From Gammaproteobacteria bacterium (GTDB taxonomy: Bacteria > Pseudomonadota > Gammaproteobacteria > Eutrophobiales > Eutrophobiaceae): a DNA stretch of 64,000 nucleotides. Shown here piece after piece: positions 42,538-53,851 of this stretch. Location: assembly GCA_965238225.1 (NCBI GenBank), contig OZ250183.1:128001-192000 (forward strand). Reading direction: 5' to 3'. Position 1 is the stretch's first letter. Each line of letters opens with the position of its first letter. The notes under the pieces are model-generated. The model was given only the letters and a program-made list of their open reading frames with translations. It did no database searches and was not told the DNA's origin. Position numbers and translations under genes: made by a program.

Positions 42538-43760
42538 TGAGATTTCTGACTTTAGTCATTACTTCATTACTTCTGGCAGTGGGCATTGGCAGCTATGCCA
42601 AACATGATGCTGGACAGATGATAGTTACTATTTCTGGTTGGACGATACAAACAAGCTTCAGCTTTTTTATTATTTCAATCATTGTTTTATTTCTACTACT
42701 GCATTTTCTGTTACGTTTGTTAAGTTACCTCTGGAACATGCCAAGACAGTTCGGCAAATACAAACAAGACAAGCATAAACGATTATCTGAAAAATATTTG
42801 TCGCGTGGGTTAATGGCGCTGGTTGAGGGCGATTGGAATAAAGCAGAAATTTCTCTAACCAAGGGAGCGCTATATAGTCAATCGCCATTGGTTAATTATC
42901 TTGCTGCTGCTCGAGCTGCACAACAATTAGGTGCAGTGGATAGGCGAGATGATTATTTAATTCAGGCTCATAAAGATAGCCCCGATGCGGAAGTTACTAT
43001 TGGCCTAGTGCAAGCAGAGCTGCAAATCAAACAGCAACAATCAGAACAAGCACTGGCGACATTGACACATCTACATGATCAAAAACTAAAACAGGATCAA
43101 GTCAAAAAAATGTTGTTGCATACCTATGTCAAACTCAAGGATTGGAAGGCAATACTGGAATTATTACCAAAAATAAAGCGTGGAGGTATTTTGTCTAGCG
43201 AGCAAATTCATGTAAAAAAATTGGAAGCCTATGGCGGCTTGTTAAAACAGATAGGCGAGGAAGAGGATAAAAAAAAATTAAATAATATCTGGTTCAATAT
43301 ACCCAGAAAATTACGTACTGAATTTTACTTGATTGAAGTTTACACAAAAGAAAAATTGAAACTTTCTGATACAGCAGACTGCGAACCTTTGATTCGCAAA
43401 GCATTAAAAAAACATTGGGACGTTGCATTACTTAATCTATATGGTTTAGTTGAAGGCAAAGATATAGCAAAACAATTAAAATTTTCTGAAAAATTTTTAT
43501 CCAATCATGCAAGAGAGCCCATTTTATTATTATCATTAGGCAGATTGAGCATTAAAAATAAACTGTGGGGTAAGGCAAAAACTTATCTGGAAGAGAGCAT
43601 CGATATCAAGCCAATTCCAGAAGCCTACCGGATATTGGCCTATGCACTAGATAAGCTAGGCGATGATAGGGCGACGGTTCAATATCAAAAGGGCCTAGAG
43701 CTGGCAACGGAATCATTAAGTGTGACTGATGTTAAATTGCTTGCAAGTAGTGTCAAATAA
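42537..43760 (+). CDS. hemY: HemY-like TPR membrane protein
   Basis: Two N-terminal TMs, GL..L.EG.W..AE, YL.AARAA, LL..LGRL...LWGKA..YLE. Confidence 0.88.
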   Translation: MRFLTLVITSLLLAVGIGSYAKHDAGQMIVTISGWTIQTSFSFFIISIIVLFLLLHFLLRLLSYLWNMPRQFGKYKQDKHKRLSEKYLSRGLMALVEGDWNKAEISLTKGALYSQSPLVNYLAAARAAQQLGAVDRRDDYLIQAHKDSPDAEVTIGLVQAELQIKQQQSEQALATLTHLHDQKLKQDQVKKMLLHTYVKLKDWKAILELLPKIKRGGILSSEQIHVKKLEAYGGLLKQIGEEEDKKKLNNIWFNIPRKLRTEFYLIEVYTKEKLKLSDTADCEPLIRKALKKHWDVALLNLYGLVEGKDIAKQLKFSEKFLSNHAREPILLLSLGRLSIKNKLWGKAKTYLEESIDIKPIPEAYRILAYALDKLGDDRATVQYQKGLELATESLSVTDVKLLASSVK

Positions 43761-43985
43761 AGGATGTAAACTAGGGTAGGTTTTGTCCTTTAACGGCATA
43801 AACTACCTCTATGCTCCACTTTTAAACTTAAGTCGCCTCACCACTGACGAAGAAAAACGCTAAACCGAGAGCACTTTCCAAGTATTCTCATATATAATGT
43901 GGGGTTCGCCCCTTGATTAGCTTATTAAATATACCATTATTTATGATATTTGATACAAATTCGTAAAAAGTACTAATAGACACAA

Positions 43986-45728
43986 ATGACACAAACAGCA
44001 TTAGTCTCAGAAAATATAAGCTCGGAGAAAACCAACAATATTCCCGCAGCACAGATAGATATGTCTAATCATATCTCTCATCGTGTTTTAGGTTCATGGA
44101 CTGGCGATCACTCCAAACTTATTAAAGATGACCAAGCGATTCATCTCGCCATTTGTAATTTAAACCAGCCCGTGTATGTCGTTTGGAGTCAAAATCAAAA
44201 ATACATTGTTGCCAGTCAAGGTCAGGCGATTATTGGTCAAGAAAACTGCCAGAAAATTGAAAAAAACATTGCAACAGATAGCTTATTACCATTAATGGGG
44301 TTTTCTGCCGCCTACTCACCCAGACAATTAGGTGACATTAGTTTTTGTGAAGATCATAATCTGCGCTTTCCGTACATGTGTGGTGCCATGGCCAATGGTA
44401 TTGCCTCTATTGAGGTAGTTGAAGCAGCATCCAATGCTGGATTTTTAGGGTCTTTCGGTGCTGCTGGTCTAACACTTACTGAAATTGAAAAAGCCGCAGA
44501 CCATCTAACGAACTCATTGGGTTCTAAACCATTCTGTTTCAATTTAATTTTCTCACCCAATGAAAAAGGACATGAAGATGCAGTAGTTTCACTCTACATC
44601 AAATATGGCATTCGCCTCATAGAGGCCTCCGCCTATATGAAACTGACCTTGCCTACAATTCGTTATCGAGTACATGGTATATATAGAAATGCAAATGGCA
44701 AAATAAAAACACCGAATCGAATTATCGCCAAAACCTCGCGTATTGAAATTGCAGAAAAATGGTTCTCCCCACCACCGGAAAAAATGCTGGCAGAGCTTAT
44801 TTCCTCTGGAGATATTAGTGAAGAACAAGCAGTGCTGGCAAAAAAAATTCCTATGGCACAAGATATTACCGTTGAGGCAGATTCTGGTGGACACACGGAT
44901 AACCGGCCTGCAATTACTCTACTACCCACCATCATTACTTTGCGTGATCGTTGTCAGAAAAAATTTAATTACTCCGTGCCATTAAGAGTAGGTGCTGGCG
45001 GCGGCATTGCCACACCAACATCTGCTGCTGCTGCATTTTCTATGGGCGCGGCTTATGTTGTAACAGGGACTGTGAATCAGGCCTGTATAGAATCTGGCAG
45101 CAGTGATATTGCGCGACAAATGTTAGCTGACGCACAACAAGCCGATATCGCTATGGCGCCTGCGGTTGATATGTTTGAAATGGGCGTAAAATTACAAGTC
45201 TTAAAACGCGGCACCATGTTTGCTATGCGCGGTAATAAACTGTATGAACTCTATCGTACTTATGATTCTATTGATGCTATTCCAGAAAAAGAAAAGCAAT
45301 CTCTGGAAAAGATCATCTTTAAAGCACCATTAAATAATATTTGGCAACTGACACAAGATTTTTTCAACGAACGTGATCCAGAGCAAGTCATAAAAGCTGA
45401 ACGTGACGCAAAATATAAAATGGCTCTAATTTTTCGCTGGTATCTTGGACTCTCATCACGTTGGGCCAATGCCGGAGAAAAATCAAGGCAGGTGGATTAC
45501 CAAATCTGGTGCGGCCCATCTATGGGCGCTTTCAATGAATGGAGTAAAAACTCATGGTTAGCAGAGCCTGCCAATAGAACTATTGTGGCGGTTGCGATGA
45601 ATCTTATTTATGGTGCTGCCGTAATCACGCGCATCAATAATTTACGCAATCAGGGCGTAGAATTTTCAGACCAAGTAACGCATTTGGCACCACAAGAAGT
45701 TAACATGATTGAGAAAAATTTATCATAG
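43986..45728 (+). CDS. pfaD: PUFA-synthase enoyl reductase PfaD
   Basis: GAMANGIAS, EASAYM, DITVEADSGGHTDNRP, DMFEMGVKLQVLKRGT, DYQIWCGP.MGAFN.W. Confidence 0.93.
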   Translation: MTQTALVSENISSEKTNNIPAAQIDMSNHISHRVLGSWTGDHSKLIKDDQAIHLAICNLNQPVYVVWSQNQKYIVASQGQAIIGQENCQKIEKNIATDSLLPLMGFSAAYSPRQLGDISFCEDHNLRFPYMCGAMANGIASIEVVEAASNAGFLGSFGAAGLTLTEIEKAADHLTNSLGSKPFCFNLIFSPNEKGHEDAVVSLYIKYGIRLIEASAYMKLTLPTIRYRVHGIYRNANGKIKTPNRIIAKTSRIEIAEKWFSPPPEKMLAELISSGDISEEQAVLAKKIPMAQDITVEADSGGHTDNRPAITLLPTIITLRDRCQKKFNYSVPLRVGAGGGIATPTSAAAAFSMGAAYVVTGTVNQACIESGSSDIARQMLADAQQADIAMAPAVDMFEMGVKLQVLKRGTMFAMRGNKLYELYRTYDSIDAIPEKEKQSLEKIIFKAPLNNIWQLTQDFFNERDPEQVIKAERDAKYKMALIFRWYLGLSSRWANAGEKSRQVDYQIWCGPSMGAFNEWSKNSWLAEPANRTIVAVAMNLIYGAAVITRINNLRNQGVEFSDQVTHLAPQEVNMIEKNLS

Positions 45729-45744
45729 CCCGTGTCACGTTACT

Positions 45745-48700
45745 ATGAACAAGAAACAGAATTATAAAAAAGATATATCTTTTCGGGCTTCATCGCCTTT
45801 GGCCATTATAGGTATTGGCTGTCTTTTTCCTAAGGCAGGTAACGTTGATGAGTATTGGTCGAATATTCGCGAAGGTGTCGATGCCATCACCGACATTCCT
45901 GAATCACACTGGAATCCTGAAGATTATTTTGATACGAATCAAAAAACACCAGACATGACTTACGCGCGTCGTGGCGGATTTATTGATCCGGTTGATTTCA
46001 ACCCTTTGCAATATGGTATGAGCCCAAACAATATTGAAGCCACCGACACCACGCAGCTACTCGGTATGGTGGTTGCTAGGCAGGCATTGCTGGATGCGGG
46101 TTATTCCACCGGTGAAGATGCTGGAGATGGGAGAGACTTTGACAGAGATCGTACCAGCGTCATCATGGGCGTTACTGGCACATTAGAGCTGGTCATTCCG
46201 CTAGGCGCCAGACTGGGTCACCCAATCTGGCGACAGGCACTGGTCGATGCTGGCGTTGACTCAGAAACAACAGAAGATGTCATCCAACGAATCTCAGACA
46301 GCTATGTGCCATGGCAGGAAAACTCATTCCCGGGTTTATTGGGTAATGTCTCTGCTGGGCGTATTGCAAATCGATTTAATCTAGGCGGAACCAACTGTGT
46401 TGTTGATGCCGCATGCGCAAGTTCATTAAGCGCTATTCATATGGCGTCGTTGGAACTCGCTAGTGGTCGTTCTGATATGGCTATTGCTGGCGGACTGGAT
46501 ACATTCAACGATATTTTCATGTATATGTGTTTCAGCAAAACACCAGCACTCTCGCCAACGGGAAATAGTCGACCTTTCGCCCTCGGCGGTGATGGCACCA
46601 TCATCGGCGAGGGCATGGGCGTTATTATATTAAAACGTCTTGATGATGCTGCACGAGATAATGATCATATCTATGCAGTGATTAAGGGTATTGGCACCTC
46701 TAGTGATGGTCGTGGCAATGCTATCTATGCCCCAAATATTGTAGGCCAAACCAAAGCATTGAAAGATGCCTATGCGCAAGCGAGTATCACACCTGATTCA
46801 ATTGAACTCATAGAGGCTCATGGAACAGGAACCTCTGTGGGTGATGCAGTAGAGGTCGAAGCTCTGGAAAATGTTTATCGGCAAGCAAACGAGGATGCCG
46901 CTTGGTGCGCTCTTGGTTCTGTAAAATCCATGATTGGTCATACTAAGTCTGCAGCAGGTATTGCTGGCATGATAAAAGCGGTTATGGCATTAAAACACAA
47001 GGTATTACCACCCACCATTAAAGTCGATCAACCGCTTGAATCATTAATGCCCGGCAAATCGCCGATGTATGTCAATACTATCAAACGTCCCTGGGTTGCC
47101 AACGAATCACATCCGCGACGCGCAGCACTAAGCGCCTTTGGGTTTGGTGGCAGTAATTTTCATTGTGTGCTGGAAGAAGCTGAAAACGATGACGCAAAGA
47201 TATGTTGGGATGGCCATGTATTGCTGTTTGCCTTCAGTGCGGATGTAAAAGAAGAACTTAGCAATAAACTTACAAACATTGACATAAATAATTCATGGTC
47301 AGAACACCGCGCCTTTGCTGCAAAATCTTGTGCAGAGTTTGATGCGAAAAAAACATATCGCCTGACATTCATTATCGAAAAAAATAAAACAGACATACAA
47401 GCTTTAATTCAAAATGCCATAAAAATGCTGGCAGAAAATAATGGTCAAGATTTCTGGAAATTGCCTATTGGGGTTAGTTATGCCTGTGGTTCACATCAGC
47501 ATAAAATCGGACTGTTGTTTCCAGGACAAGGAACACAATATGTCGGCATGCTGCGCGATCTTGCATGTCAATTCCCACAGTTTAATACCATCTTGAATAC
47601 AGCAAATACTGTAAAAGGCGAAAACAAACACGGCACAAGACTCAGTGATGCTATTTATCCTGTACCTGCATTCTCGGATGGAGCACGTCAAGAACAAGAA
47701 GAATTTTTACGTGACACACGAAATGCTCAGCCATCTATTGGTGCCGTTAGTTTGTCTGGCTTGCGCATACTTGAGGCGTTTGGTTTCAAAGCAGACATAA
47801 CCGCCGGGCACAGTTATGGAGAGCTTGTTGCATTATGCGCTGCTGGCGTCTTTGACGAGAAGGCACTGCATCAACTGTCTTTGTTGCGCGGTGAATTAAT
47901 GGCTGAAAATCAAGACGATCGTGGTTCTATGTTGGCAATCTCAGCCTGCCTAGAAACGGTAGAAAAATTTATTAAAGATGAAAAACTTGATTTGGTAATT
48001 GCCAATCATAATGCACCAAAACAAATTGTCGTATCTGGCGCTACTAATCAAATTGAAAAAGCCTCAGGCCTTTGTAAGCAACAAAAATTGCGCGCCACTC
48101 AATTACCAGTTGCCGCTGCATTTCACAGTAAATTCGTCGCTAGTGCCGAAGCACCTTTTGCTGCAGCACTTGCGAAGATTAAATTAAACCAAGGCACCAT
48201 ACCAGTTCTATCTAATACAACAGCTAATGAATATTCAGATGATGAAGATGATATTCGTCAAATGCTCAAAGGTCAGATGACTGCCCCAGTCAAATTTGTC
48301 AAACAAATAGAAAAAATGGAAACATTCGGCGTTCGTACCTTTGTTGAAGTTGGCCCAGGAAACAGTTTGAGTGGTTTAGTTCAGTCTATTTTGGATAAAA
48401 AACATTTTCAAGTATTGTCATTGGATGCTTCTTCTGGAAAAAGACATGGTCAGTATGATCTTGCCAACTTACTGACAAGTCTTGCAGTTTTGGACAAAGG
48501 AATTGATCTTTCGTTATGGGATGCTGGTTATCTTGATTCACTTAACGCCACAGAAAATGAAAATTCAGGATCTAAAAAACCAGTCATGACCATGCCTTTA
48601 TCCGGTGCGAACTATGTCATGCCGAGAGAAAAACGTCCGGCAAAACCTAAACAAGTGACCACGCAAAAAATACAACGACAAGTCTCGGATATAAAGCCAG

Positions 48701-51700
48701 ATATGAATCAATCTGATTTAAATCAATTCAATTTAAATAAACCCGCTTTTAAACAACAAGCAATAACCGTGCAAAGTCAAGATACACTACGTGCAACTCA
48801 GGAAAGTATTATTGCCCTACAAAAGATGCAAGAACAAACAGCTAAATTGCATCGACAATATCTGCAAGGACAAGAGATAGCCCAACAAACCATTACGCAA
48901 CTATTACTTCAACAACAGGCATTACTCGGCATTAACACACAAAATGTTTCTACGTCTTCTAACATACAAGAACCCAACGTGCAGTCAAAATCATTTACGC
49001 CTGTTCAGCTTGAACCGGATGCACCTATGATGCCAAAAACTGTTAAGCAAGGCATGTCTCAAAACATACCTGTAGCAGAAATTATAGAAACCGAAAAAGC
49101 TGCCGATGCCAATAAAGAAGTGAACAGTATTTTATTAGATGTTGTTGCAGAAAAAACAGGCTACCCGCTAGAGATGCTAAGCCTAGATATGAGCTTGGAT
49201 ACCGACCTTGGTATTGATTCAATCAAACGTGTAGAAATATTGTCTGCATTACAAGAGAAGCTGCCTAGCGCACCGGCAATCAAACCAGAAGAGTTGGGCA
49301 CCTTTCAGCTACTTGAAAATATTGTTGATTTTCTTGTCTCGACCATGCCAAAGACAGCAGTGCCAAACTTGGTGATTTCAGAGAATGTGCCTGCTGTTTT
49401 GCCTGCCACACCTGTATTAAATGAAGCATTAAACAGCATTTTACTTAAAGTCGTTGCTGAGAAAACAGGCTATCCAAAAGAAATGTTGGGTCTTGAAATG
49501 AGCTTAGATACTGATCTTGGCATCGACTCAATAAAACGTGTAGAAATTTTCTCTGCCTTGCAAGAACAAATACCAAAAACGGCGATGATTAGCCCAGAAA
49601 ACTTAGGCAATCTACAAACATTGCAACAGATAGCCGACTTTCTCTCTACAGAAAGCACTGCTATTCGCGTGAGAGACACAACGATACATGTCTCTAAAGA
49701 TAACTCAAAACTCGCTGAAATTATGCTGGATATTGTTGCAGAACAAACAGGTTACCCGGTTGATATGCTCAACCTTGATATGAATCTGGAAGCTGATCTC
49801 GGTATTGATTCTATAAAACGTGTAGAAATTTTATCTAGGTTTCAAGAACGCATGCCCGAAATCCCTGCAGTAAAGCCAGAAGATCTAGGGACGTTGCAAA
49901 CACTGCAACAAATTGTCGATCATATATTAAAGTCAACTAAAAACGCATCGCTTGAACCTGAACCGTATACAAAAGATGCGCTTGAGGGGAATCAGGAGAT
50001 ATCTTCTAAAACAATAAACACCATAGAAAGACAGATTTTATCTGTGAGTTTATTCACAGAGCAACAAAAACTAATCTCTCTGGGAAAAGGCGCAACCGTC
50101 TGGGTTACCGAAGAAGAAACAAAGCTTACTCAAGCAATCTGTAAATCACTAAAACAAAAAGGTCTAAATCCTGAAATTGTCTCATTGGATGCCACACCTG
50201 ATAAAGAAATTGCGGGCTTGATTATTTTGACGCCAGCGAATCCCGAACAAACATTTATGCGAGATAGCTTTAAGCTCGTTCAACGCATTAGTAAACCATT
50301 ACGTGCAACAGCTGAATCAAATGCAGCGATACTGGCAAGCGTTACCAAGCTTGGCGGTCAGTTTGGTTTAAATGGTGTCGGCGATGTTTGCCCCGTTTCT
50401 GGTGGTATCGCGGGTTTAATTAAAACAGCAGATAAAGAATGGCCAGAAATTTTTTGCAAAGTCATTGATATTGAAAACAGCGGCAGCAAACAACTGGCAA
50501 GCAACATTGTTAATGAATGTTTATCAGAAGGGCCGCTTGAAGTAGGGCTATTGGGGGGCAAACGCTTTACACCTGAGCTCAACACAACTTGGATTGATAA
50601 AACAAATAAAGCCAACACGTTGAATTCAAAAGATGTGGTGGTGGTCACAGGCGGTGCACGCGGTGTCACAGCAGAAGTAGCATTGGCTCTGGCAGAAACT
50701 TATCAAACAAATTTACTGTTATTAGGACGCAGCAAAAAACCAGATACTGAAGATGAATGGTTAAATGGTTTGAACACCGAAGCCGATATCAAAAAAGCCA
50801 TCCTTGTAAAAGAAAATCAAGGAATGAAACCAAAAGCATTAAACACTGCGTGTCAGAAAATTCTTGCCGCAAGAGAAATAAGATCAAATTTACAACGCAT
50901 CGAAGCAACGGGTGTAAAGGTTATATATCGTGCGGTTGATGTACAAGAAAAAGACAGCGTTATCGCGGCAATTAATGAAACACGGCAATCTCTTGGAACA
51001 ATAAGTGGCTTTGTTCACGGTGCTGGTGTGTTGGCAGATAAACTCATTGAAGATAAAACTGAAAAACAATTTTCAAACGTCTATGCAACCAAAGTAGCTG
51101 GACTTGATTCTTTACTCACTGCAACAGAAGACGATTCTTTAAAAATTATGGTGATGTTTTCTTCTTCAACAGGTCGTTTCGGTCGCAAAGGCCAGTGCGA
51201 TTATGCCTGTGCCAATGAAGTTTTGAATAAAGTCGCACAACAACAAGCAAATTTACGTGAAGACTGTCGTGTTGTTAGTGTCAATTGGGGACCATGGAAT
51301 GGTGGCATGGTCACACCTCAATTAAAGAAAATCTTTGAACGCGAGGGCATTAATGCAATTGATTTAAAAATAGGTGCTGAGTATTTGATGCAAGAGATTG
51401 CCTATGCAGGACCTGCTGAAGTGGTCGTACTTGGATCATTAACAAAAAACCCTGATATCATCAAAAAAAGCGTACCTAAAAAAGAACCAAGCACAACATC
51501 GGAAATTCCTGCTGCGAATGTGCGCATTGCATTTTCACGCACATTAAATGTAAGAGACCATGCCTTTTTGCAATCACATGTCATGAACGGTCGCGCGGTA
51601 TTGCCGGCTGTCATGATCATAGAATGGTTTGCGCACGGTGCTATGCACGATAACCCTACTCTTAGCTTTCATGGTTTCAGGAATTTTCAGGTCTACAAAG

Positions 51701-52368
51701 GTGCGACATTGGGTGTAGGTGAAAATATTTACCTGCAAATTCTCACAGGCGATATTTATCAAGAAGAAGACAAAGATATCATACCTGTTGAATTACGCAG
51801 TGGAAAAATTCTTCATGCCCGTGCAGAAGTTATTCTGACTGACTGCCAAATTAAAGCGGAAACAAGAAAAAATGAAATTGTATCCGGCAAATACTCACAA
51901 TCAAATAATGAAATTTATACCAGCGGTAGATTATTCCACGGCAAGACCTTGCAAGGCATCATAGATATTGAAGCCTGTTCAGATACTGGCATTTCGGCAA
52001 AGGCAAAAAGCGCAACAACACCAAAAACATGGATGAAAAATCCCATACGCTCCTCATGGCTTGCCGACCCACTGGTATTGGATGGTAGTTTTCAATTGAT
52101 GATCTTATGGTGCTTTGAGCAATTTGGCGCAGGATCGCTACCCACTGCTATTGGCACATACCGACAATTTCAAAAATCTTTCCCGAAAGAAGGCTGCAAG
52201 ATTAATATCAATGTCATAAGCCACACAAAACATCGTGCACTGGCAAACATAGAGTTTATTGATATAAACAATCAGCTTATCGCAAGGCTGGATAATTATG
52301 AATGTGTGGTTGATGCATCACTACAAAAAGCCTTCGCCAATAATAAATTACAGTGTACTACTGTATAG
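45745..52368 (+). CDS. pfaA: PUFA-synthase-like iterative PKS PfaA (KS-MAT-3xACP-KR-DH)
   Basis: WQENSFPGLLGNV, DAACASS, HGTGT, GHSYG, three LGIDSIKRVEI ACPs, TGGARGVT KR, HVMNGRAVLP DH. ATG at 45745 preferred over the overlapping 45709 start. Confidence 0.92.
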   Translation: MNKKQNYKKDISFRASSPLAIIGIGCLFPKAGNVDEYWSNIREGVDAITDIPESHWNPEDYFDTNQKTPDMTYARRGGFIDPVDFNPLQYGMSPNNIEATDTTQLLGMVVARQALLDAGYSTGEDAGDGRDFDRDRTSVIMGVTGTLELVIPLGARLGHPIWRQALVDAGVDSETTEDVIQRISDSYVPWQENSFPGLLGNVSAGRIANRFNLGGTNCVVDAACASSLSAIHMASLELASGRSDMAIAGGLDTFNDIFMYMCFSKTPALSPTGNSRPFALGGDGTIIGEGMGVIILKRLDDAARDNDHIYAVIKGIGTSSDGRGNAIYAPNIVGQTKALKDAYAQASITPDSIELIEAHGTGTSVGDAVEVEALENVYRQANEDAAWCALGSVKSMIGHTKSAAGIAGMIKAVMALKHKVLPPTIKVDQPLESLMPGKSPMYVNTIKRPWVANESHPRRAALSAFGFGGSNFHCVLEEAENDDAKICWDGHVLLFAFSADVKEELSNKLTNIDINNSWSEHRAFAAKSCAEFDAKKTYRLTFIIEKNKTDIQALIQNAIKMLAENNGQDFWKLPIGVSYACGSHQHKIGLLFPGQGTQYVGMLRDLACQFPQFNTILNTANTVKGENKHGTRLSDAIYPVPAFSDGARQEQEEFLRDTRNAQPSIGAVSLSGLRILEAFGFKADITAGHSYGELVALCAAGVFDEKALHQLSLLRGELMAENQDDRGSMLAISACLETVEKFIKDEKLDLVIANHNAPKQIVVSGATNQIEKASGLCKQQKLRATQLPVAAAFHSKFVASAEAPFAAALAKIKLNQGTIPVLSNTTANEYSDDEDDIRQMLKGQMTAPVKFVKQIEKMETFGVRTFVEVGPGNSLSGLVQSILDKKHFQVLSLDASSGKRHGQYDLANLLTSLAVLDKGIDLSLWDAGYLDSLNATENENSGSKKPVMTMPLSGANYVMPREKRPAKPKQVTTQKIQRQVSDIKPDMNQSDLNQFNLNKPAFKQQAITVQSQDTLRATQESIIALQKMQEQTAKLHRQYLQGQEIAQQTITQLLLQQQALLGINTQNVSTSSNIQEPNVQSKSFTPVQLEPDAPMMPKTVKQGMSQNIPVAEIIETEKAADANKEVNSILLDVVAEKTGYPLEMLSLDMSLDTDLGIDSIKRVEILSALQEKLPSAPAIKPEELGTFQLLENIVDFLVSTMPKTAVPNLVISENVPAVLPATPVLNEALNSILLKVVAEKTGYPKEMLGLEMSLDTDLGIDSIKRVEIFSALQEQIPKTAMISPENLGNLQTLQQIADFLSTESTAIRVRDTTIHVSKDNSKLAEIMLDIVAEQTGYPVDMLNLDMNLEADLGIDSIKRVEILSRFQERMPEIPAVKPEDLGTLQTLQQIVDHILKSTKNASLEPEPYTKDALEGNQEISSKTINTIERQILSVSLFTEQQKLISLGKGATVWVTEEETKLTQAICKSLKQKGLNPEIVSLDATPDKEIAGLIILTPANPEQTFMRDSFKLVQRISKPLRATAESNAAILASVTKLGGQFGLNGVGDVCPVSGGIAGLIKTADKEWPEIFCKVIDIENSGSKQLASNIVNECLSEGPLEVGLLGGKRFTPELNTTWIDKTNKANTLNSKDVVVVTGGARGVTAEVALALAETYQTNLLLLGRSKKPDTEDEWLNGLNTEADIKKAILVKENQGMKPKALNTACQKILAAREIRSNLQRIEATGVKVIYRAVDVQEKDSVIAAINETRQSLGTISGFVHGAGVLADKLIEDKTEKQFSNVYATKVAGLDSLLTATEDDSLKIMVMFSSSTGRFGRKGQCDYACANEVLNKVAQQQANLREDCRVVSVNWGPWNGGMVTPQLKKIFEREGINAIDLKIGAEYLMQEIAYAGPAEVVVLGSLTKNPDIIKKSVPKKEPSTTSEIPAANVRIAFSRTLNVRDHAFLQSHVMNGRAVLPAVMIIEWFAHGAMHDNPTLSFHGFRNFQVYKGATLGVGENIYLQILTGDIYQEEDKDIIPVELRSGKILHARAEVILTDCQIKAETRKNEIVSGKYSQSNNEIYTSGRLFHGKTLQGIIDIEACSDTGISAKAKSATTPKTWMKNPIRSSWLADPLVLDGSFQLMILWCFEQFGAGSLPTAIGTYRQFQKSFPKEGCKININVISHTKHRALANIEFIDINNQLIARLDNYECVVDASLQKAFANNKLQCTTV
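49125..49930 (+). repeat. Three diverged tandem ACP-domain repeats within pfaA
   Basis: VVAEKTGYP.EML.L.M.L..DLGIDSIKRVEI occurs three times at about 300-bp spacing. Confidence 0.9.
52224..52363 (+). repeat. 140-bp direct repeat, copy 1 (pfaA 3' end)
   Basis: CACAAAACATCGTGCACTGG...CAGTGTACTACTG, identical by eye to 53866-54005. Confidence 0.95.
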
Positions 52369-52420
52369 CTGATAAAATTTCATTTGAATCTATTTATTTC
52401 CTATCTATTTTAAAGAACAG

Positions 52421-53611
52421 CTATTTCAAAAAGGATTGAGACTTTGCTACTGGAAATTCCTTTATTTTTTTCATAAAGTCAGTTTCTGAAATTTCAGCAG
52501 GCCACTTAAGCCTCACAGAAATTATAATTTCATCATTTTCGTTTTTTACTATTTGGATTGCCCCAAGATACTCCAGGTTATTAATATCGCGGACAAATGC
52601 TATATTCTGATTTTTAAGGGATGAATAAAACGGTTTGGTTGCCGTAAATAATTCATCCAATTCTATTTCCTCACGATCTAATATTATGTTTGATATTTCA
52701 ACTTGCCGTCCGGCAACCACACGCTTTCTTTTTGTTTTAAGTCTTTCAAATAGATTACGCATAGTATTTTTAAAAAGAGCTTTTAAGATGTGTTTATTAA
52801 TTTCAGCAAACAGTTTTTTACATTGAATGGCAACCCCTTGTAGACCAAAAATTAGAAAAGGAGTGAGATTGTGCTCATCGGATCTTACTTTGGCAAGAAT
52901 GCTAAGATATTTACCTTTCTCATCATAATAATAATTCGACATTGCTATAAATGCTGAATCTCTTAAGCCAACTCTCTGAAGGAGTAACGCTTCTAGCGCA
53001 CGAGCAGTTCGCCCATTACCATCAAGAAATGGATGGATAGCAGCAAAATGATAATGTAATGCAAGTGCTCGAATTAAAGGATCATGATCAATAAATTCAT
53101 TTTGCGCAACACGAACTAAGTTAGCAAACATTGCATTGCATTGCTCCCCTCCCTGTGCACCTCTGTGAGGAGGGAAGCCAAAAGTCACATTATCATCCTT
53201 GCCTCGAATCTGCCCAGGAGGGCAATGATCATCATCTGCGCCAGTTACTATCCTACGGTGAATGTCGCGTATTAAATTAGCGTCGATAGGTTGGGCATCT
53301 TCTAGCGATGCGATCCATTGATAAGTATTTTTGGCAGCATGCGCCTGCTTTTGGGAATGCGTAGTAAAAAGTTCTTCTGGCGTTTCTGCCATGGCAAGCT
53401 CTAATTGAGTATCTTCAAAGACTGCACCTTCTATTCGAGATGTACCAGCAACTTCCATTTTAAGCTGTACCTCTTGCAATTTATCAACCCACTCTCTCTG
53501 ATAAGGGAGGGTTTTCAATGATTGAACCGCCGCTTTAGCAGCTATCAAATCATCAATCAGGGCTGCTTTGTTATATAAAAGCCAATCCTGAGGAGGTTTA
53601 TACTCAATCAT
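52421..53611 (-). CDS. Fic-domain protein (class II-like, N-terminal inhibitory helix)
   Basis: Canonical HPFLDGNGRTAR active motif; TSRIEG matches (S/T)xxxE(G/N); possible wHTH-like C-terminus. Confidence 0.92.
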   Translation of the reverse strand: MIEYKPPQDWLLYNKAALIDDLIAAKAAVQSLKTLPYQREWVDKLQEVQLKMEVAGTSRIEGAVFEDTQLELAMAETPEELFTTHSQKQAHAAKNTYQWIASLEDAQPIDANLIRDIHRRIVTGADDDHCPPGQIRGKDDNVTFGFPPHRGAQGGEQCNAMFANLVRVAQNEFIDHDPLIRALALHYHFAAIHPFLDGNGRTARALEALLLQRVGLRDSAFIAMSNYYYDEKGKYLSILAKVRSDEHNLTPFLIFGLQGVAIQCKKLFAEINKHILKALFKNTMRNLFERLKTKRKRVVAGRQVEISNIILDREEIELDELFTATKPFYSSLKNQNIAFVRDINNLEYLGAIQIVKNENDEIIISVRLKWPAEISETDFMKKIKEFPVAKSQSFLK

Positions 53612-53851
53612 TTTTTCAGTCTATTTTAGTTTCATTTTATTGTCAAAAAAGATATTAATAATATAAATATCTGTTTTTATTAATATTTTATATAAATAAG
53701 ATAGAATATTTTAATTTCATTTTTAATTGATATATATTCTAATTGACACAGAAACATAAGAGACTCAGTAAGATTTTTCATTTATCCTTAGCCCTTGCCA
53801 AATTATTTAAACGACTTTCTTAATAGTGCATACCGAGAAAGGGAGTAGGTA

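Noticed and set aside
49125-49930. Regularly spaced repeats as a possible CRISPR or other array
   Set aside because: In-frame diverged ACP domains of PfaA.
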